Shown one piece after another: positions 41,246 through 50,750 of a DNA stretch of 64,000 nucleotides. The position numbers and the translations under genes were made by a program. The DNA is from an uncultured Acidimicrobiaceae bacterium. Its GTDB lineage: Bacteria > Actinomycetota > Acidimicrobiia > Acidimicrobiales > RAAP-2. The stretch is from the NCBI GenBank assembly GCA_963731905.1, contig CAVSXF010000007.1:2535830-2599829 (forward strand), in the 5' to 3' direction. The notes beneath the pieces are model-generated. The model saw nothing but the letters and a program-made list of their open reading frames with translations, had not been told where the DNA came from and searched no databases. Position 1 is the stretch's first letter. Each line of letters begins with the position of its first letter.

Positions 41246-41273
41246 TTGACAACCCCATACCTTTGAGTATTAT
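41246..41273 (+). promoter_or_regulatory. Sigma-70-like promoter TTGACA-16 nt-TATTAT for the MFS gene (near-leaderless)
   Basis: -35 TTGACA at 41246-41251 and -10 TATTAT at 41268-41273. The ATG at 41285 is only about 5 nt beyond the expected transcription start. This is the only AT-rich patch in the region. Confidence 0.45.
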
Positions 41274-41284
41274 TAAGTATTCCG

Positions 41285-42857
41285 ATGCCCCGCACCCGCG
41301 CCAAAGCCGACACACCCACCTACACCCTCTCGCCCGCGCTCAGGCGCACCTCGACCATCGTCGTCCTGGGCTCGATCATGTCGATCCTCGACACGACGAT
41401 CGTCGCCGTCGCGCTCCCTTCCCTGGCCCGCGACTTCCACGTCTCGGTCACCACCATCCAGTGGGTGGCGACGGGATATCTGCTCGCACTCGCCCTGGTG
41501 ACCCCTGTGAGCGGGTGGGCCGTCGACCGCTTCGGGGCCAAGCGGATCTGGATGATGTCGACCGCTCTCTTCGTCATCGGCTCCAGCCTTTGCGGCCTCG
41601 CCTGGTCGGCCAACTCGCTCATCTTCTTCCGCGTGCTCCAGGGCTTCGGCGGCGGCATGCTGCTCCCGGTCGGTCAGTCGATCCTCGCCCGCGCCGCCGG
41701 CCCCCAGCGCATGGGCCGCGTCATGAGCATCATCGGCGTGCCGATGGTCATGGGCCCGATCATGGGGCCGGTCATCGGCGGTCTCATCGTGTCCAACTAC
41801 AGCTGGCGCTGGATCTTCTATATCAACGTCCCCATCGGCATCATCACGCTGATCCTCTCCGCGCGCTGGCTGCCCAAGTTCGACACCGACGAGCGGTCCA
41901 CGGCGCCGTTCGACACCCTCGGGTTCTGCCTCTTGTCCCCGGGCCTCGCGCTCCTGCTCTACGCGCTCTCCGAGGTCGGGACAACCAGCTCCTTCACGAG
42001 CACGTCGGTCCTCCTGAGCTTCATTCTCGGCGTCCTGCTGATGGTCGGCTTCATCCTCCGCGCCTTGAACGCGAAGCATCCGCTGCTGGACCTGCACCCG
42101 TTCAAGAACCGTAACTTCACGATCGGCAACATCTGCATCTTCGTCATCGGCGCGACGTTGTTCGGCTCGATGTTCCTGCTGCCGATCTACTACCAGGTCG
42201 CCCGCGGCCAGGAGGCCTGGCAGGCCGGCCTGCTGATGGCCCCGCAGGGCATCGGCGCCGCGTGCATCATGCGCTGGGCCGGCGCGGTTACCGACCGGGT
42301 AGGCCCGCGCCGTGTGGTGCCATTCGGCATCCTCCTCATGGCGGCAGCAACCTTGCCGCTCGCCTTCGTCACCACCTCGACCAACGAGGCGCTTCTCGCT
42401 GCCACCTTGTTCGCTGCGCGGCCTCGGCCTGGGACTGACGATGATGCCGGTGACGGCGGCCGCCTACTTCGACCTCAGCCACGCCGAGATCCCCAAGGCG
42501 TCGACCGTCATGAACATCGTTCGCACGGTCGGCGGCTCGGTTGCCACCGCGCTGTTCGCTGTCGTGCTCGAGCGTCAGATCGTGAGCAACCTGACGGCAG
42601 CTGGGATCAAGGCCCCGGGTGGTTCGGCCGGCATCGTCGGGGCCACTGGAAAGCTCCCGCCCGCCGTCGCCGACCCGGTCGCTGCCGCGTTCGCCCACAC
42701 GTTCTGGTGGTCCTTCTTCGCGATCCTGCTGGCCTTCGTCCCGACGCTGTTCCTGCCGAACCACGCGCCGGTGCCGACCGCGGATGACGCTGCGCAATCG
42801 GGCGATACGGATGAACTCGGATCCGGGCCGCGCGTCGCCGGGGCGATGCTGGACTGA
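41285..42857 (+). pseudogene. MFS drug:H+ antiporter, DHA2 (EmrB/QacA) family; 1 frame change near 42410
   Basis: The N-terminal 375 aa are in ORF 41285 (LDTTIVAVALPSLARDF, GWAVDRFGAKR, WRWIFYINVPIG). The last helices are in ORF 42312-42857 (GLGLGLTMMPVTAAAY...). Confidence 0.8.
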
Positions 42858-42872
42858 ACGGCGGGCCCTCTC

Positions 42873-43650
42873 GTGCGAGCGACGGCGATGACCCGGCTCT
42901 CCGGCATGCTCGCCCGCGCCGGGTGCATGGCGGCCGACGAGGAGGCCGCCGAGTTGATTGCCGCGGCCGGCGGTGAGCGATCCAAATTGATCTCACTCGT
43001 CGCACCGTCGCCTCCGCGGCGAACCTCTGGCCTGGGTGACCGGGCAAGCCGCCTTTGGTGAGCTCGTCGTCATGATCGAGCCCGGCACCTATGTCCCGAG
43101 GTGGCAGAGCCTGGAGCTCGCGGCGCGAGCGGCGGCACGCTTACCCGAAGCCGGTAGTGCGATCGATCTGTGCACCGGCTCCGGTGCGATCGCGGCTGTC
43201 CTCCAGCTGCGAAGGCGCTCGGCCCGCGTCGTCGGCACCGACATCGACCCGGTTGCGGTGGCCTGCGCCCGCACCAACGGCGTCGAGGCCCTGCGCGGTG
43301 ATCTCTTCGGGCCCGTCCCGAGGCAGTTCGAGGGCACCACGGACGTCGTCGTCGCCGTCGTCCCCTACGTGCCGACATCGGCGCTCCAGTACCTCCCCCA
43401 CGACGTGCGCTCGAACGAGGCGCCCTCGCATTACCACGGGGGTCCCGACGGCACGGACCTCCTGCGACGCGTAGTCGAAAGACGCACCGAAGTACCTGCG
43501 GCCGGGGGGCGGCCTGCTCCTCGAGCTCGGGGGCGCGCAGGCCGAAGTCATGGGATCCCAGCTGGGCGAGCTCGGCTACGGGCAGGTAGAGGTCTGGGCC
43601 GACGAGGACGGCGACGTCCGCGGCATGGAGGCAACGCTGCTGTCTAGCTG
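42873..43650 (+). pseudogene. PrmC/HemK-related putative protein N5-glutamine methyltransferase; 2 frame changes
   Basis: Contains YVPRWQSLELA, DLCTGSGAIA, GTDIDPVAV and VVPYVP (in place of NPPY). The tail PGGGLLLELGGAQAEV...GMEATLLSS-stop at 43650 is in another frame. Confidence 0.6.
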
Positions 43651-43973
43651 ACCACGATTCCGCAATCATGGAAACCGCAGTCCGGCTCGGCTGGCCACGG
43701 CCTCTTCGATACCAGGCCTCGGAATCCACGCCGATCTTGGGTGCAGCGGTCTGGGGCGCACCGCTCACCCCGCACTCGCTGAAAACGTAGGTAGCCAGGA
43801 GTTCCGCACACTTACTGTGGAGATGAAAGACGGGCGGTTAGAACGACCGAAACTTGAATGACAGTCCGCTCCCGTTACATCGCATGAGCCGGGGCTGTTC
43901 ACTCCGACGCCGAGTGGGTGCGCCACAACCCTGCGTATGGGGGCAGGTGCATCGACGTAGTGGGTGTGTTGAA

Positions 43974-44387
43974 TCAATCGTCGAACGGGTGCTCGCGCAG
44001 ATACTGGATTATCCGGTCCAAAACCTGCTGAGTCGCTGCGACGGCCTCAGGTGGGTATTCGAACCGTTTGTCAAAGACAAGGTGCATCGGGTCAACCTCC
44101 GCTATCCCCTTGTCGATAAGCCGATAAGGAGCGTCTTGAGGCACTTCAGCCGCGCGCAGGCGGTCAGCCAGATCTCCGCTCGTCCCCATCGCCAGCAGAG
44201 CGTCCAGAAGGGGCTCACACATCCCCCGCGTGGGGTTTTGCCACCCATTCTCCTGAAGATCGTCCTGAAGGGTTTCGATAAGCGCGTTCCTACCCTCCTC
44301 GTTGCTGACAAGGTCCGAAATTCCGAAGGAGCGTCGCACGACTAGGAGCCACTGCTGTTGACGATGTGGGTCTGACTCGGCATTCAT
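43974..44387 (-). CDS. Hypothetical protein (137 aa), no family recognised
   Basis: Ordinary, non-Arg-rich composition in a lower-G+C stretch. No motif recognised. Confidence 0.4.
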   Translation of the reverse strand: MNAESDPHRQQQWLLVVRRSFGISDLVSNEEGRNALIETLQDDLQENGWQNPTRGMCEPLLDALLAMGTSGDLADRLRAAEVPQDAPYRLIDKGIAEVDPMHLVFDKRFEYPPEAVAATQQVLDRIIQYLREHPFDD

Positions 44388-44610
44388 CGAGATATCACCC
44401 CAAGCTGACCCGAGCAGGCTTCCGCCTGTGGGTCCGAACCTCGTTTAAGCCCCGGACGATCATAGGGTGCGGTCCGCTGGCTCCCTAGTGGTAGCGCCTC
44501 GCACAACCGGCTGGGGCAGGAGGCCATCAAGACTGGCCGCCTGAGTGTCGCCCGACTCCGGGCAGAAGGCCCTCCTTGCAGGACGCGACGGAACTATCTG
44601 ACGCGCTGCG

Positions 44611-45693
44611 TTAGAGGTGATACAGCAAGATGCCCGCCTCCTCGTCGCGCTGCACAGCGCCCGTAGCCCGCAGGTGTTCCAGGTCCGCGAAGGTCTCGGC
44701 TTCCGCCATGGAACCCCATGACCGCGGGGCGAACAGTTCATGTGAGAGCTCGACGACGTTGGCCCTGCCTGTCGCGTCACAGATCTGGAGCAGCCGATCC
44801 AACCGTTCGTCGTGGTGGCGCTTGATCTCCTCGGTCCGGCCGTGCAGGTCGTCGAAGGGCTGTCCGTGCGCCGGGAGCACTATGGATACGTGGGGCAAGG
44901 CGGATAAGCGGTCGAGCGACTCGATGTACATGAGGAGCGGGTCGCCCGGTATCAGGCCCGAGATATGAGGGGTGATGGTGGGCAACACCTGGTCGCCTGC
45001 GAGGAGTACGCCTTCCTCTTCGTCGTACAGACAGAGATGATCGTCAGTGTGTCCCGGGGTGAAAAGGCCAACCCAGTCCCGACCGCCCAACGTAATGTGG
45101 TCACAATCGGTCAGGCGGTGCGTGGGACGCGGTGGCTTGAACCACTTAAAGAGCTGCTCCCGATGAGCGAGCATCTTGGCTCGCGCTTCGGGTGGTGGCC
45201 CGATGGTTGACCCGCCCCAGGGTGCGGGGCGCTCGAGACGGACGTTGAGGATCGGGCTCTCTGCGGGATCAATATCGTCGGACGCCTCAAGTTCGCGGTC
45301 GTCGATCTCATCAGGATCAAAGAAGGTACGGAAGCGGTCGGAGGCCACAATGGCGCCACCGCTTTCCTCGGCCAAGAGCCCCGCGCCACCGAAATGGTCA
45401 GGGTGCGAGTGCGTGACGACGATGGTGTGGACCCGATCTATGGGGATCTCCGCCGCGTCCATGCGACCCCGGAGCGCCTTCCACGACTCTTCACCCGGGA
45501 GCCCTGGATCGACCAAGGTGAAACCATTGTCATCCTCGAGAGCGTACGTGTTGACGTGGCCTAAGCCGGTGAAATCGATAGGCAGCTGCAGACGCCGGAT
45601 GCCGGGCACCACCTCGACGATGTCCGGCGAGGCATCCATCTGCTCTTGTTTGGGCGGACGGGCAAGCGTCTCGATCGATTCGGGTGGTGTCAC
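44611..45693 (-). CDS. MBL-fold metallo-hydrolase
   Basis: 360 aa, intact. Contains HxHxDH (VVTHSHPDHFGG) and later GHTDDH and LPAHG metal ligand motifs. Confidence 0.8.
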   Translation of the reverse strand: MTPPESIETLARPPKQEQMDASPDIVEVVPGIRRLQLPIDFTGLGHVNTYALEDDNGFTLVDPGLPGEESWKALRGRMDAAEIPIDRVHTIVVTHSHPDHFGGAGLLAEESGGAIVASDRFRTFFDPDEIDDRELEASDDIDPAESPILNVRLERPAPWGGSTIGPPPEARAKMLAHREQLFKWFKPPRPTHRLTDCDHITLGGRDWVGLFTPGHTDDHLCLYDEEEGVLLAGDQVLPTITPHISGLIPGDPLLMYIESLDRLSALPHVSIVLPAHGQPFDDLHGRTEEIKRHHDERLDRLLQICDATGRANVVELSHELFAPRSWGSMAEAETFADLEHLRATGAVQRDEEAGILLYHL

Positions 45694-45803
45694 AGGGAGA
45701 ACTTACCTGGGCATGACCCAATGCTCGATCCTGGCAGGCAGAGGGCACTCATGAGGTCTGGGAGCGGGCAAAGATGTGCGGATGACACAGGTCCTGGCAA
45801 TCG

Positions 45804-46100
45804 ATGATCTCAAGCGCTCTTGCAACCCTCCCGCTTGATCTGCTGCAGGACCGATTCGGATTCGCATCCAACTTTTCGATCGATGACGAATTTCCCGCCG
45901 GCTATTGGAAGGTTCAGTTAGAGGCTGCGTATTCGCTTGCCGCCTCACCCGAAATTGTCGTCGGCGAGTTCCGGGAGGATGTTGATGAGGTCATCGGACT
46001 GACAACGGACCCGGTTAGTTCGATGTCCCTATGGCACGACCTGGACCACCTGTCGGGTCTGTTTCGAGGTTTGGCGTTCATGGACCTGCCGCCGAAGTAG
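45804..46100 (+). CDS. Hypothetical protein (98 aa)
   Basis: ATG start, acidic composition typical of coding sequence, no motif recognised. It is followed 10 nt later by the next small ORF. Confidence 0.35.
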   Translation: MISSALATLPLDLLQDRFGFASNFSIDDEFPAGYWKVQLEAAYSLAASPEIVVGEFREDVDEVIGLTTDPVSSMSLWHDLDHLSGLFRGLAFMDLPPK

Positions 46101-46110
46101 CTCGGTCACG

Positions 46111-46473
46111 GTGAACTGGGGCATCTCTCGTACACTGGTTCTGATGCCACCGGAGCTGAATCGAGACGACGCCATAATGCGGGTCGTCGATGGTGACAGC
46201 CTCGAAATCATGTTCGCCGGCCTTTCCGACGCAAAGCGAATCCCGCTGGCTTGGCTCGTCGTTCAGGTCCACCCAATGCGCAAGAAGGGCTTCCAGATTC
46301 AGATCGGCTCCAGCAGCACCGAACAGCCTCTCTATTCGTTCGTCAAGAAACCCACGATTCCCGCCAAGAGTTACATCGTGCCCATCAGGGCGGAGGAGGA
46401 GCCGGAGTTCCGGTCATTTTTCACCGAACTGGCCGAGCTGTGTGGACGCTCGGTCGCAGCTCAGGAGGCCTGA
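46111..46473 (+). CDS. Hypothetical protein (120 aa)
   Basis: GTG start 10 nt after the previous stop. Ordinary composition, no motif recognised. Confidence 0.35.
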   Translation: MNWGISRTLVLMPPELNRDDAIMRVVDGDSLEIMFAGLSDAKRIPLAWLVVQVHPMRKKGFQIQIGSSSTEQPLYSFVKKPTIPAKSYIVPIRAEEEPEFRSFFTELAELCGRSVAAQEA

Positions 46474-46624
46474 CCGAGCACGCTCTCACCCGGAGAAGTG
46501 GGGCAGCGTCATTGCGATCGAGATCGTGCCCATCGAGGATCGGTTGCGTGAAGTCGTATGGTCCCCGATCGTCGGGCGAACGTCAGTTGAAGCCCGGTGG
46601 TAGGGGGGGCATCATTGCGGGCAG

Positions 46625-46957
46625 ATGGAGGCTCGCTACCACCACACCTGGAGGCCTCACAAGCCCGTCAACGCCAGCCCCGAGCAGAAGAACCTGGGCT
46701 GGAAGGTGGTCAACGCCGCCTCGGTGGCCCTGGCCGCCATCGTGACGCAGCGCCTGCTCACCGTGGCCTGGCGCCTAGTGCGCCACGAGCCCCCTCCTAG
46801 CGGACCGGCGGACCGGCGAGTCACTTTGGGCACCGCTCTCACCTGGGCCATCTCCATGGCTGTGGGCATCGCCGTCTCCCGAGTGGTGGCCGTGCGCTTG
46901 TCCGGCAAGGTCTGGGAGGCCGCCTTGCACGAGCCGCCCCCAGAAGCGCCCTCCTAG
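46625..46957 (+). CDS. DUF4235-like small membrane-associated protein
   Basis: GWKVVNAASVALAAIVTQRLLTVAWRLV...EPP...LGTALTWAISMAVGIAVSRVVAVRLSGKVWE matches my memory of the DUF4235 two-helix pattern. Confidence 0.55.
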   Translation: MEARYHHTWRPHKPVNASPEQKNLGWKVVNAASVALAAIVTQRLLTVAWRLVRHEPPPSGPADRRVTLGTALTWAISMAVGIAVSRVVAVRLSGKVWEAALHEPPPEAPS

Positions 46958-46982
46958 GCCCCTAGATGAGGGGCCTCTTTCC
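46955..46982 (+). terminator. Intrinsic terminator-like hairpin AGGCCCCT-AGATG-AGGGGCCT followed by CTCTTTCC
   Basis: Perfect 8-bp GC-rich stem with a 5-nt loop and a T-rich tail. It starts within the stop codon of the DUF4235 gene. Confidence 0.55.
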
Positions 46983-47071
46983 CTGCCGTCTAATTCGGAG
47001 ACCTTCACCCGTATCCCAAACGCGCCGCAGGGTGTCACCCCAACCCGGCGCGCGGGGGCTGGGTTCGGCGG

Positions 47072-47597
47072 CTACGACGACATTTCTGAGCGGCAGCCGT
47101 CGATCAGTTCCTCGAACTGGCGACTCTGCAGCGCCCCGTCCCCCCTTCGGTTGATGAGGCGCTCAGTCCACGTTCCACCGGTGAGCGCGTGCCGATGGAC
47201 CGAGACCACTTGGGTCGAGCCGTCGGATTGAGGGATGAATTCGATCCGTCCAGAACAAGTGCGAGTGATCTCGCGCCCGTTCTGCGTCTCCTTGGTCATG
47301 ATCTCTGTGGACTCCGCAACGAACCGATCTCCGCTTGGAGGAGCCATCCCTTCTGGCGTGAGGTGCCGCTCCTGACGTTGGTGGACGCTTTTGCCCGCGT
47401 CGGTTTCGGTACGCAGTCGTCACCACGATGGTGTCGCCATCGGTCGAGCCAGAGACGGAGACATCCCGAGCTCCCGACCGCTCAAGTCGATCCCGAAACT
47501 CTTCCCATCGATCTGGGTGAAACCACCAGGCCATGACCGCCTCAGGTCTTGCGTCGACCCGCCCGGAGTCCGACATGGTCTTTGCCTTGTCCGACAT
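47072..47597 (-). pseudogene. SRPBCC (START/polyketide-cyclase-like) domain protein; 1 frame change near 47395
   Basis: N-terminal part in ORF 47163-47597 (RPEAVMAWWFHPDRWEEF) and C-terminal part in ORF 47072-47347. The join is TTAY / RTETDAGKS. Confidence 0.5.
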
Positions 47598-47641
47598 CCC
47601 AGCATCGTATGAGTTTGAGACATTGGTTTGCCGTGCTCATT

Positions 47642-47657
47642 CCCGGCGTACGGGGGG
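47642..47657 (+). repeat. Copy of intergenic motif: CCCGGCGTACGGGGGG
   Basis: Lies between the divergent genes 47597(-) and 47713(+), 55 nt upstream of the ATG at 47713. Confidence 0.5.
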
Positions 47658-47712
47658 AGCCGAGGCGGAGCGCCTTTCTGATAGCACCGTCAGAAATGGG
47701 TATGCGAGTGGT

Positions 47713-48258
47713 ATGGAGACCGCTCCGGACCAGGGAGCCTTGACGGGGGCCATGATCTCGGGAGTGTTTGGTTTGGCCTGGACCGAATGGGGTGCGTCGG
47801 GGATCTCCGGAGCGGTCTCAACGGCTGTCCGGATTGTCGGGATCGTGGTCAGTTTGGTCATCGTGTTCTGGAGCGCTCACATGCGGCGGTCCGCTCGCGA
47901 GCATGGATCGGGAAATATGTTCTCGTCGCCGAGCTATCGACGCGTGGTGGTCCCGGAGGTGGTCGCACTCTTTGGAGGGGCAGCGCTCCTGGGAGCGACA
48001 GGACACCACGAATACGTCATCGCCTGGTTCGCCACCGTGGTCGGAGTACATTTTCTCGCGTTCGGCAGACTCTTTTTTGCGGGGTTCTACTGGCTCGGGA
48101 CGGCCTTGATCGCTGCCGGGATCGCCGGGGCAGTCGTGGGCTTGGCAGGCGGCGGTTTAGGGGGAGTCGAAGTGACAACTGGCCTGATAGCTGCGGCAAG
48201 CCTGTTTGCAGCCGGGGGATCGACCGTTGCGAGAGCACGAGCCAGCAGTCACGTCTGA
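47713..48258 (+). CDS. Hypothetical integral membrane protein (about 5 TM)
   Basis: ATG at 47713 inside ORF 47533-48258. Hydrophobic helices throughout. No family recognised. Confidence 0.5.
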   Translation: METAPDQGALTGAMISGVFGLAWTEWGASGISGAVSTAVRIVGIVVSLVIVFWSAHMRRSAREHGSGNMFSSPSYRRVVVPEVVALFGGAALLGATGHHEYVIAWFATVVGVHFLAFGRLFFAGFYWLGTALIAAGIAGAVVGLAGGGLGGVEVTTGLIAAASLFAAGGSTVARARASSHV

Positions 48259-48469
48259 CTGGATAACGGTGCCATGCGGGGCGACCCGAGCAATGCAGAT
48301 GGCGCATTCCCGAAGTGCCGGTTCGGCGACAGTTAGCCGACTACAAAACGCACCCTGCTCGACGACCGCCCACGACCCTGCGTTCTGGAGCAGGGGCGGC
48401 GTCCCGACCCTTGGATATATACCTTCAGCGTGAGTCGCTGGTGGCTCAACAACAGGAGGCTCCTTGAAT

Positions 48470-48823
48470 ATGCCCAATGACCACGTAGTTGATCAAAACC
48501 TTCAAGGGATGGATGACCTTGACTTCGTGGGATGGAATAACGCCGATTGGACCGGCGTCTTCGCTCACCATCACACGGATGATGTCCTAGTGGACTGGCA
48601 AGGACTGCCCACGACCCACGGCATCGAGGAGCACATCGAAGCCATGAAGTCATACGTCGAAGAGAACGGGGGAGGTACCCCGCCGCAGATCATGTCCCAC
48701 CCGATCAAGTTCGGTTCCGGAGAATGGACGTGCGTCGTCGGAGAGTTCGAGAACGGCGCCCGTATGGTGACCGTTGCGAAATGGCGGGACGGGGCAATCG
48801 CTGAGGAGTACATCTGGGCCTAG
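48470..48823 (+). CDS. SnoaL-like / NTF2-fold protein (ester-cyclase-like)
   Basis: AGGAGG lies 12 nt upstream of ATG 48470. The size and the pattern (DDVLVDW...HG...MVTVAKWRDGAIAEEYIW) are typical of SnoaL-like cyclase-fold proteins. Confidence 0.6.
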   Translation: MPNDHVVDQNLQGMDDLDFVGWNNADWTGVFAHHHTDDVLVDWQGLPTTHGIEEHIEAMKSYVEENGGGTPPQIMSHPIKFGSGEWTCVVGEFENGARMVTVAKWRDGAIAEEYIWA

Positions 48824-48829
48824 AACCGA

Positions 48830-48848
48830 CCCGGCGTACGGGGGCACC
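48830..48848 (+). repeat. Copy of intergenic motif: CCCGGCGTACGGGGGCACC
   Basis: Lies in the 32-nt gap between the convergent stops at 48823(+) and 48856(-). Confidence 0.5.
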
Positions 48849-48855
48849 TCGCAAG

Positions 48856-49368
48856 TCAAGGTGCAGAGCGGTCATCAAGGTGGAGTTGCAGAATGACGAG
48901 GTCTTGCCACCGGCCGAACTTGGCACCGACCTCAGCCATATGGGCCACCTCGACGAATCCGAGACGCTGGTGAAAGCGAATCGAACCCTCGTTCGTGCCA
49001 TCGACGGCCGCGACCATCGTGTGCTTGCCCGAGGACTGCGCCTCATTGATTAGTGCTCGCATGAGTTCTCGACCGACACCCGAGCCCCATCGGTCCTCCC
49101 GTACGTGGATGGTGTTCTCGACCGTGAACCGGTAGCCCGGCCACTTGACCACGTCACGGAACCACCCGAATGCCGCGACGCCGACCACCTCGTCTCCTTC
49201 TTCGGCCACTAGGACCGTCTCGTGCTCGGATAGCCATTCCGCGACGCCTTGGGCAGTCCGCGGCTCATCGGTCCACTCGATCGAGGTTGTCGCCAGCAAG
49301 GCGTTTAAGAGCGATGCAATCGCTTCGCCGTCTGCGGAGCTCGCTTTCCGCACGATCATTCCGGCCAT
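48856..49368 (-). CDS. GNAT N-acetyltransferase (phosphinothricin acetyltransferase-like)
   Basis: ATG at 49368. Contains IVRKASSADGEAIASLLN, the acetyl-CoA loop RWGSGVGRELM, and FHQRLGFVEV. Confidence 0.8.
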   Translation of the reverse strand: MAGMIVRKASSADGEAIASLLNALLATTSIEWTDEPRTAQGVAEWLSEHETVLVAEEGDEVVGVAAFGWFRDVVKWPGYRFTVENTIHVREDRWGSGVGRELMRALINEAQSSGKHTMVAAVDGTNEGSIRFHQRLGFVEVAHMAEVGAKFGRWQDLVILQLHLDDRSAP

Positions 49369-49416
49369 TCTCACATCGCAACGCACGCACCCCAAGCGCC
49401 CCGACGTGCCCACCTT

Positions 49417-49434
49417 TCCGGCGTACGAGGGCAG
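49417..49434 (+). repeat. Copy of intergenic motif (2 mismatches): TCCGGCGTACGAGGGCAG
   Basis: Lies between the divergent genes 49368(-) and 49494(+), 59 nt upstream of the start at 49494. Confidence 0.4.
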
Positions 49435-49493
49435 TCCCGGTGGTCCGGGACGGGTTGGTGTTCTGTTGATTTCGTGCCTGACACACTTGTGGT

Positions 49494-49808
49494 GTGGCCC
49501 GAGTAGACCCCAAGGATGACAGCAAGACACGGTGGATCCTGCAATGGTTCCGTTTCGATCCAGAACGTAATGAGAGGCGTTACGTGCCTGTCGCTGCGTT
49601 CACTCGGAAGCGAGAGTTCAACAAAGCATTTCGGCAGCTCGGACAGGAAATAGAAACCAGGAAGGCCGCAGGATTGTCTGAGGACGTCGAGTTCGTCTCG
49701 GGCGTGCAGCACCACAAGGGCTACCTAGCTGAAACACGAGAGATGCGGTTGCAAGACCGAGCGAGAAGGCAGGCCGGGAAGGAGGGAGGGCTTCCGTCGG
49801 CTGATTGA
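49494..49808 (+). CDS. Hypothetical protein (104 aa), basic/acidic mixed
   Basis: GTG start. Ordinary composition (RWILQWFRFDPERNERRYVPVAAF...). No family recognised. Confidence 0.35.
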   Translation: MARVDPKDDSKTRWILQWFRFDPERNERRYVPVAAFTRKREFNKAFRQLGQEIETRKAAGLSEDVEFVSGVQHHKGYLAETREMRLQDRARRQAGKEGGLPSAD

Positions 49809-49818
49809 TCGCACCCAT

Positions 49819-49836
49819 GCGGCGTACGGGGGCACC
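49819..49836 (+). repeat. Copy of intergenic motif: GCGGCGTACGGGGGCACC
   Basis: Lies in the 39-nt gap between the convergent stops at 49808(+) and 49848(-). Confidence 0.5.
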
Positions 49837-49847
49837 CCGGGCCGTGG

Positions 49848-50619
49848 TCATTCACCCTGGCAGTCGATTTCCGGAGCATCGGTGGTCTCGCCTGAGCGAA
49901 CCGTCACCGTCACCGGCGGGCATGGCGCGTCGCCAGCGTGACCAGTCAGCACATAGTTACCCGGCGGAAGGGTGTCCGAGAATTGCGCGTCATACGCTTG
50001 GACCGTCGTTGAGCCAGAGCCATGAGAGCTGAGTCTCGTCACCGAAACCGGCCCAGTCACGGGCGCCCGCATGAGGGCGATGAGATACACGCTCCCCCGA
50101 AGCATCCCAGGGGCCGGGAGTGCCCCAGAAGTTGCAACGGTCAACGTGCGCAGGACGGCCGATGATTGAGCCCCAGTCGCCGTGAGAACGACATGCCTGG
50201 AGGGAACAACCCATACCGTCCGACTGAAAGGGTGCTGCTCCGGTCGAATAGGAGATGACACCGAGGCCATGGACGACCAGGTGCCTGACGCGACCGGAGA
50301 ATGTCGCCCCCGCCTCTTGGGGCTGCATCGAGATGATGTTGGCGTCTGCCGGAACCTCGGCGCAAAAGCTCTCGTAGGCGGGTGGGCCGATGAGCAATGT
50401 TCCGGACTTACGCAAGGGGCAGTTCTGGAAGTAGGCGACGCCCCAGGACTTGGGAACCGACAGCTGCAGGCCGTACGCAGAGTGGGCCACCCAGACTCCG
50501 GGTGGTACCGCTGCCGCACCAGCCATCGCAGCAAGAGGCGTCGTCAATGTCCCCAGAGCAACGGCACAACCAGCGATCCCGGTTCCTACTCGACGGAGTG
50601 ATTTCAACCAAAGCCTCAC
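49848..50619 (-). pseudogene. Secreted hypothetical protein; 1 frame change near 50210
   Basis: Signal peptide in ORF 49990-50619 (GIAGCAVALGTLTTPLAAMAGAAA). C-terminal part in ORF 49848-50534 (VLTATGAQSS...PEIDCQGE). Confidence 0.45.
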
Positions 50620-50750
50620 TGTGTGATTTCGTGGACCGACGTACCGACCAGCCTTATTGACGCTGCGCCGTCCAGGATGGTTCGCGCCCTGTCGCCATGA
50701 TGGCGGACTGTCCCACCATCCCGGCGGACGGGGCGCCTATCGAATGACGC

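Noticed and set aside
47642-49836. The recurrent motif between small genes might mark integron-style gene cassettes (attC sites).
   Set aside because: The flanking genes alternate in orientation. The motif is only about 17 nt and lacks the paired inverted-repeat structure of attC. No intI integrase is present in the window.
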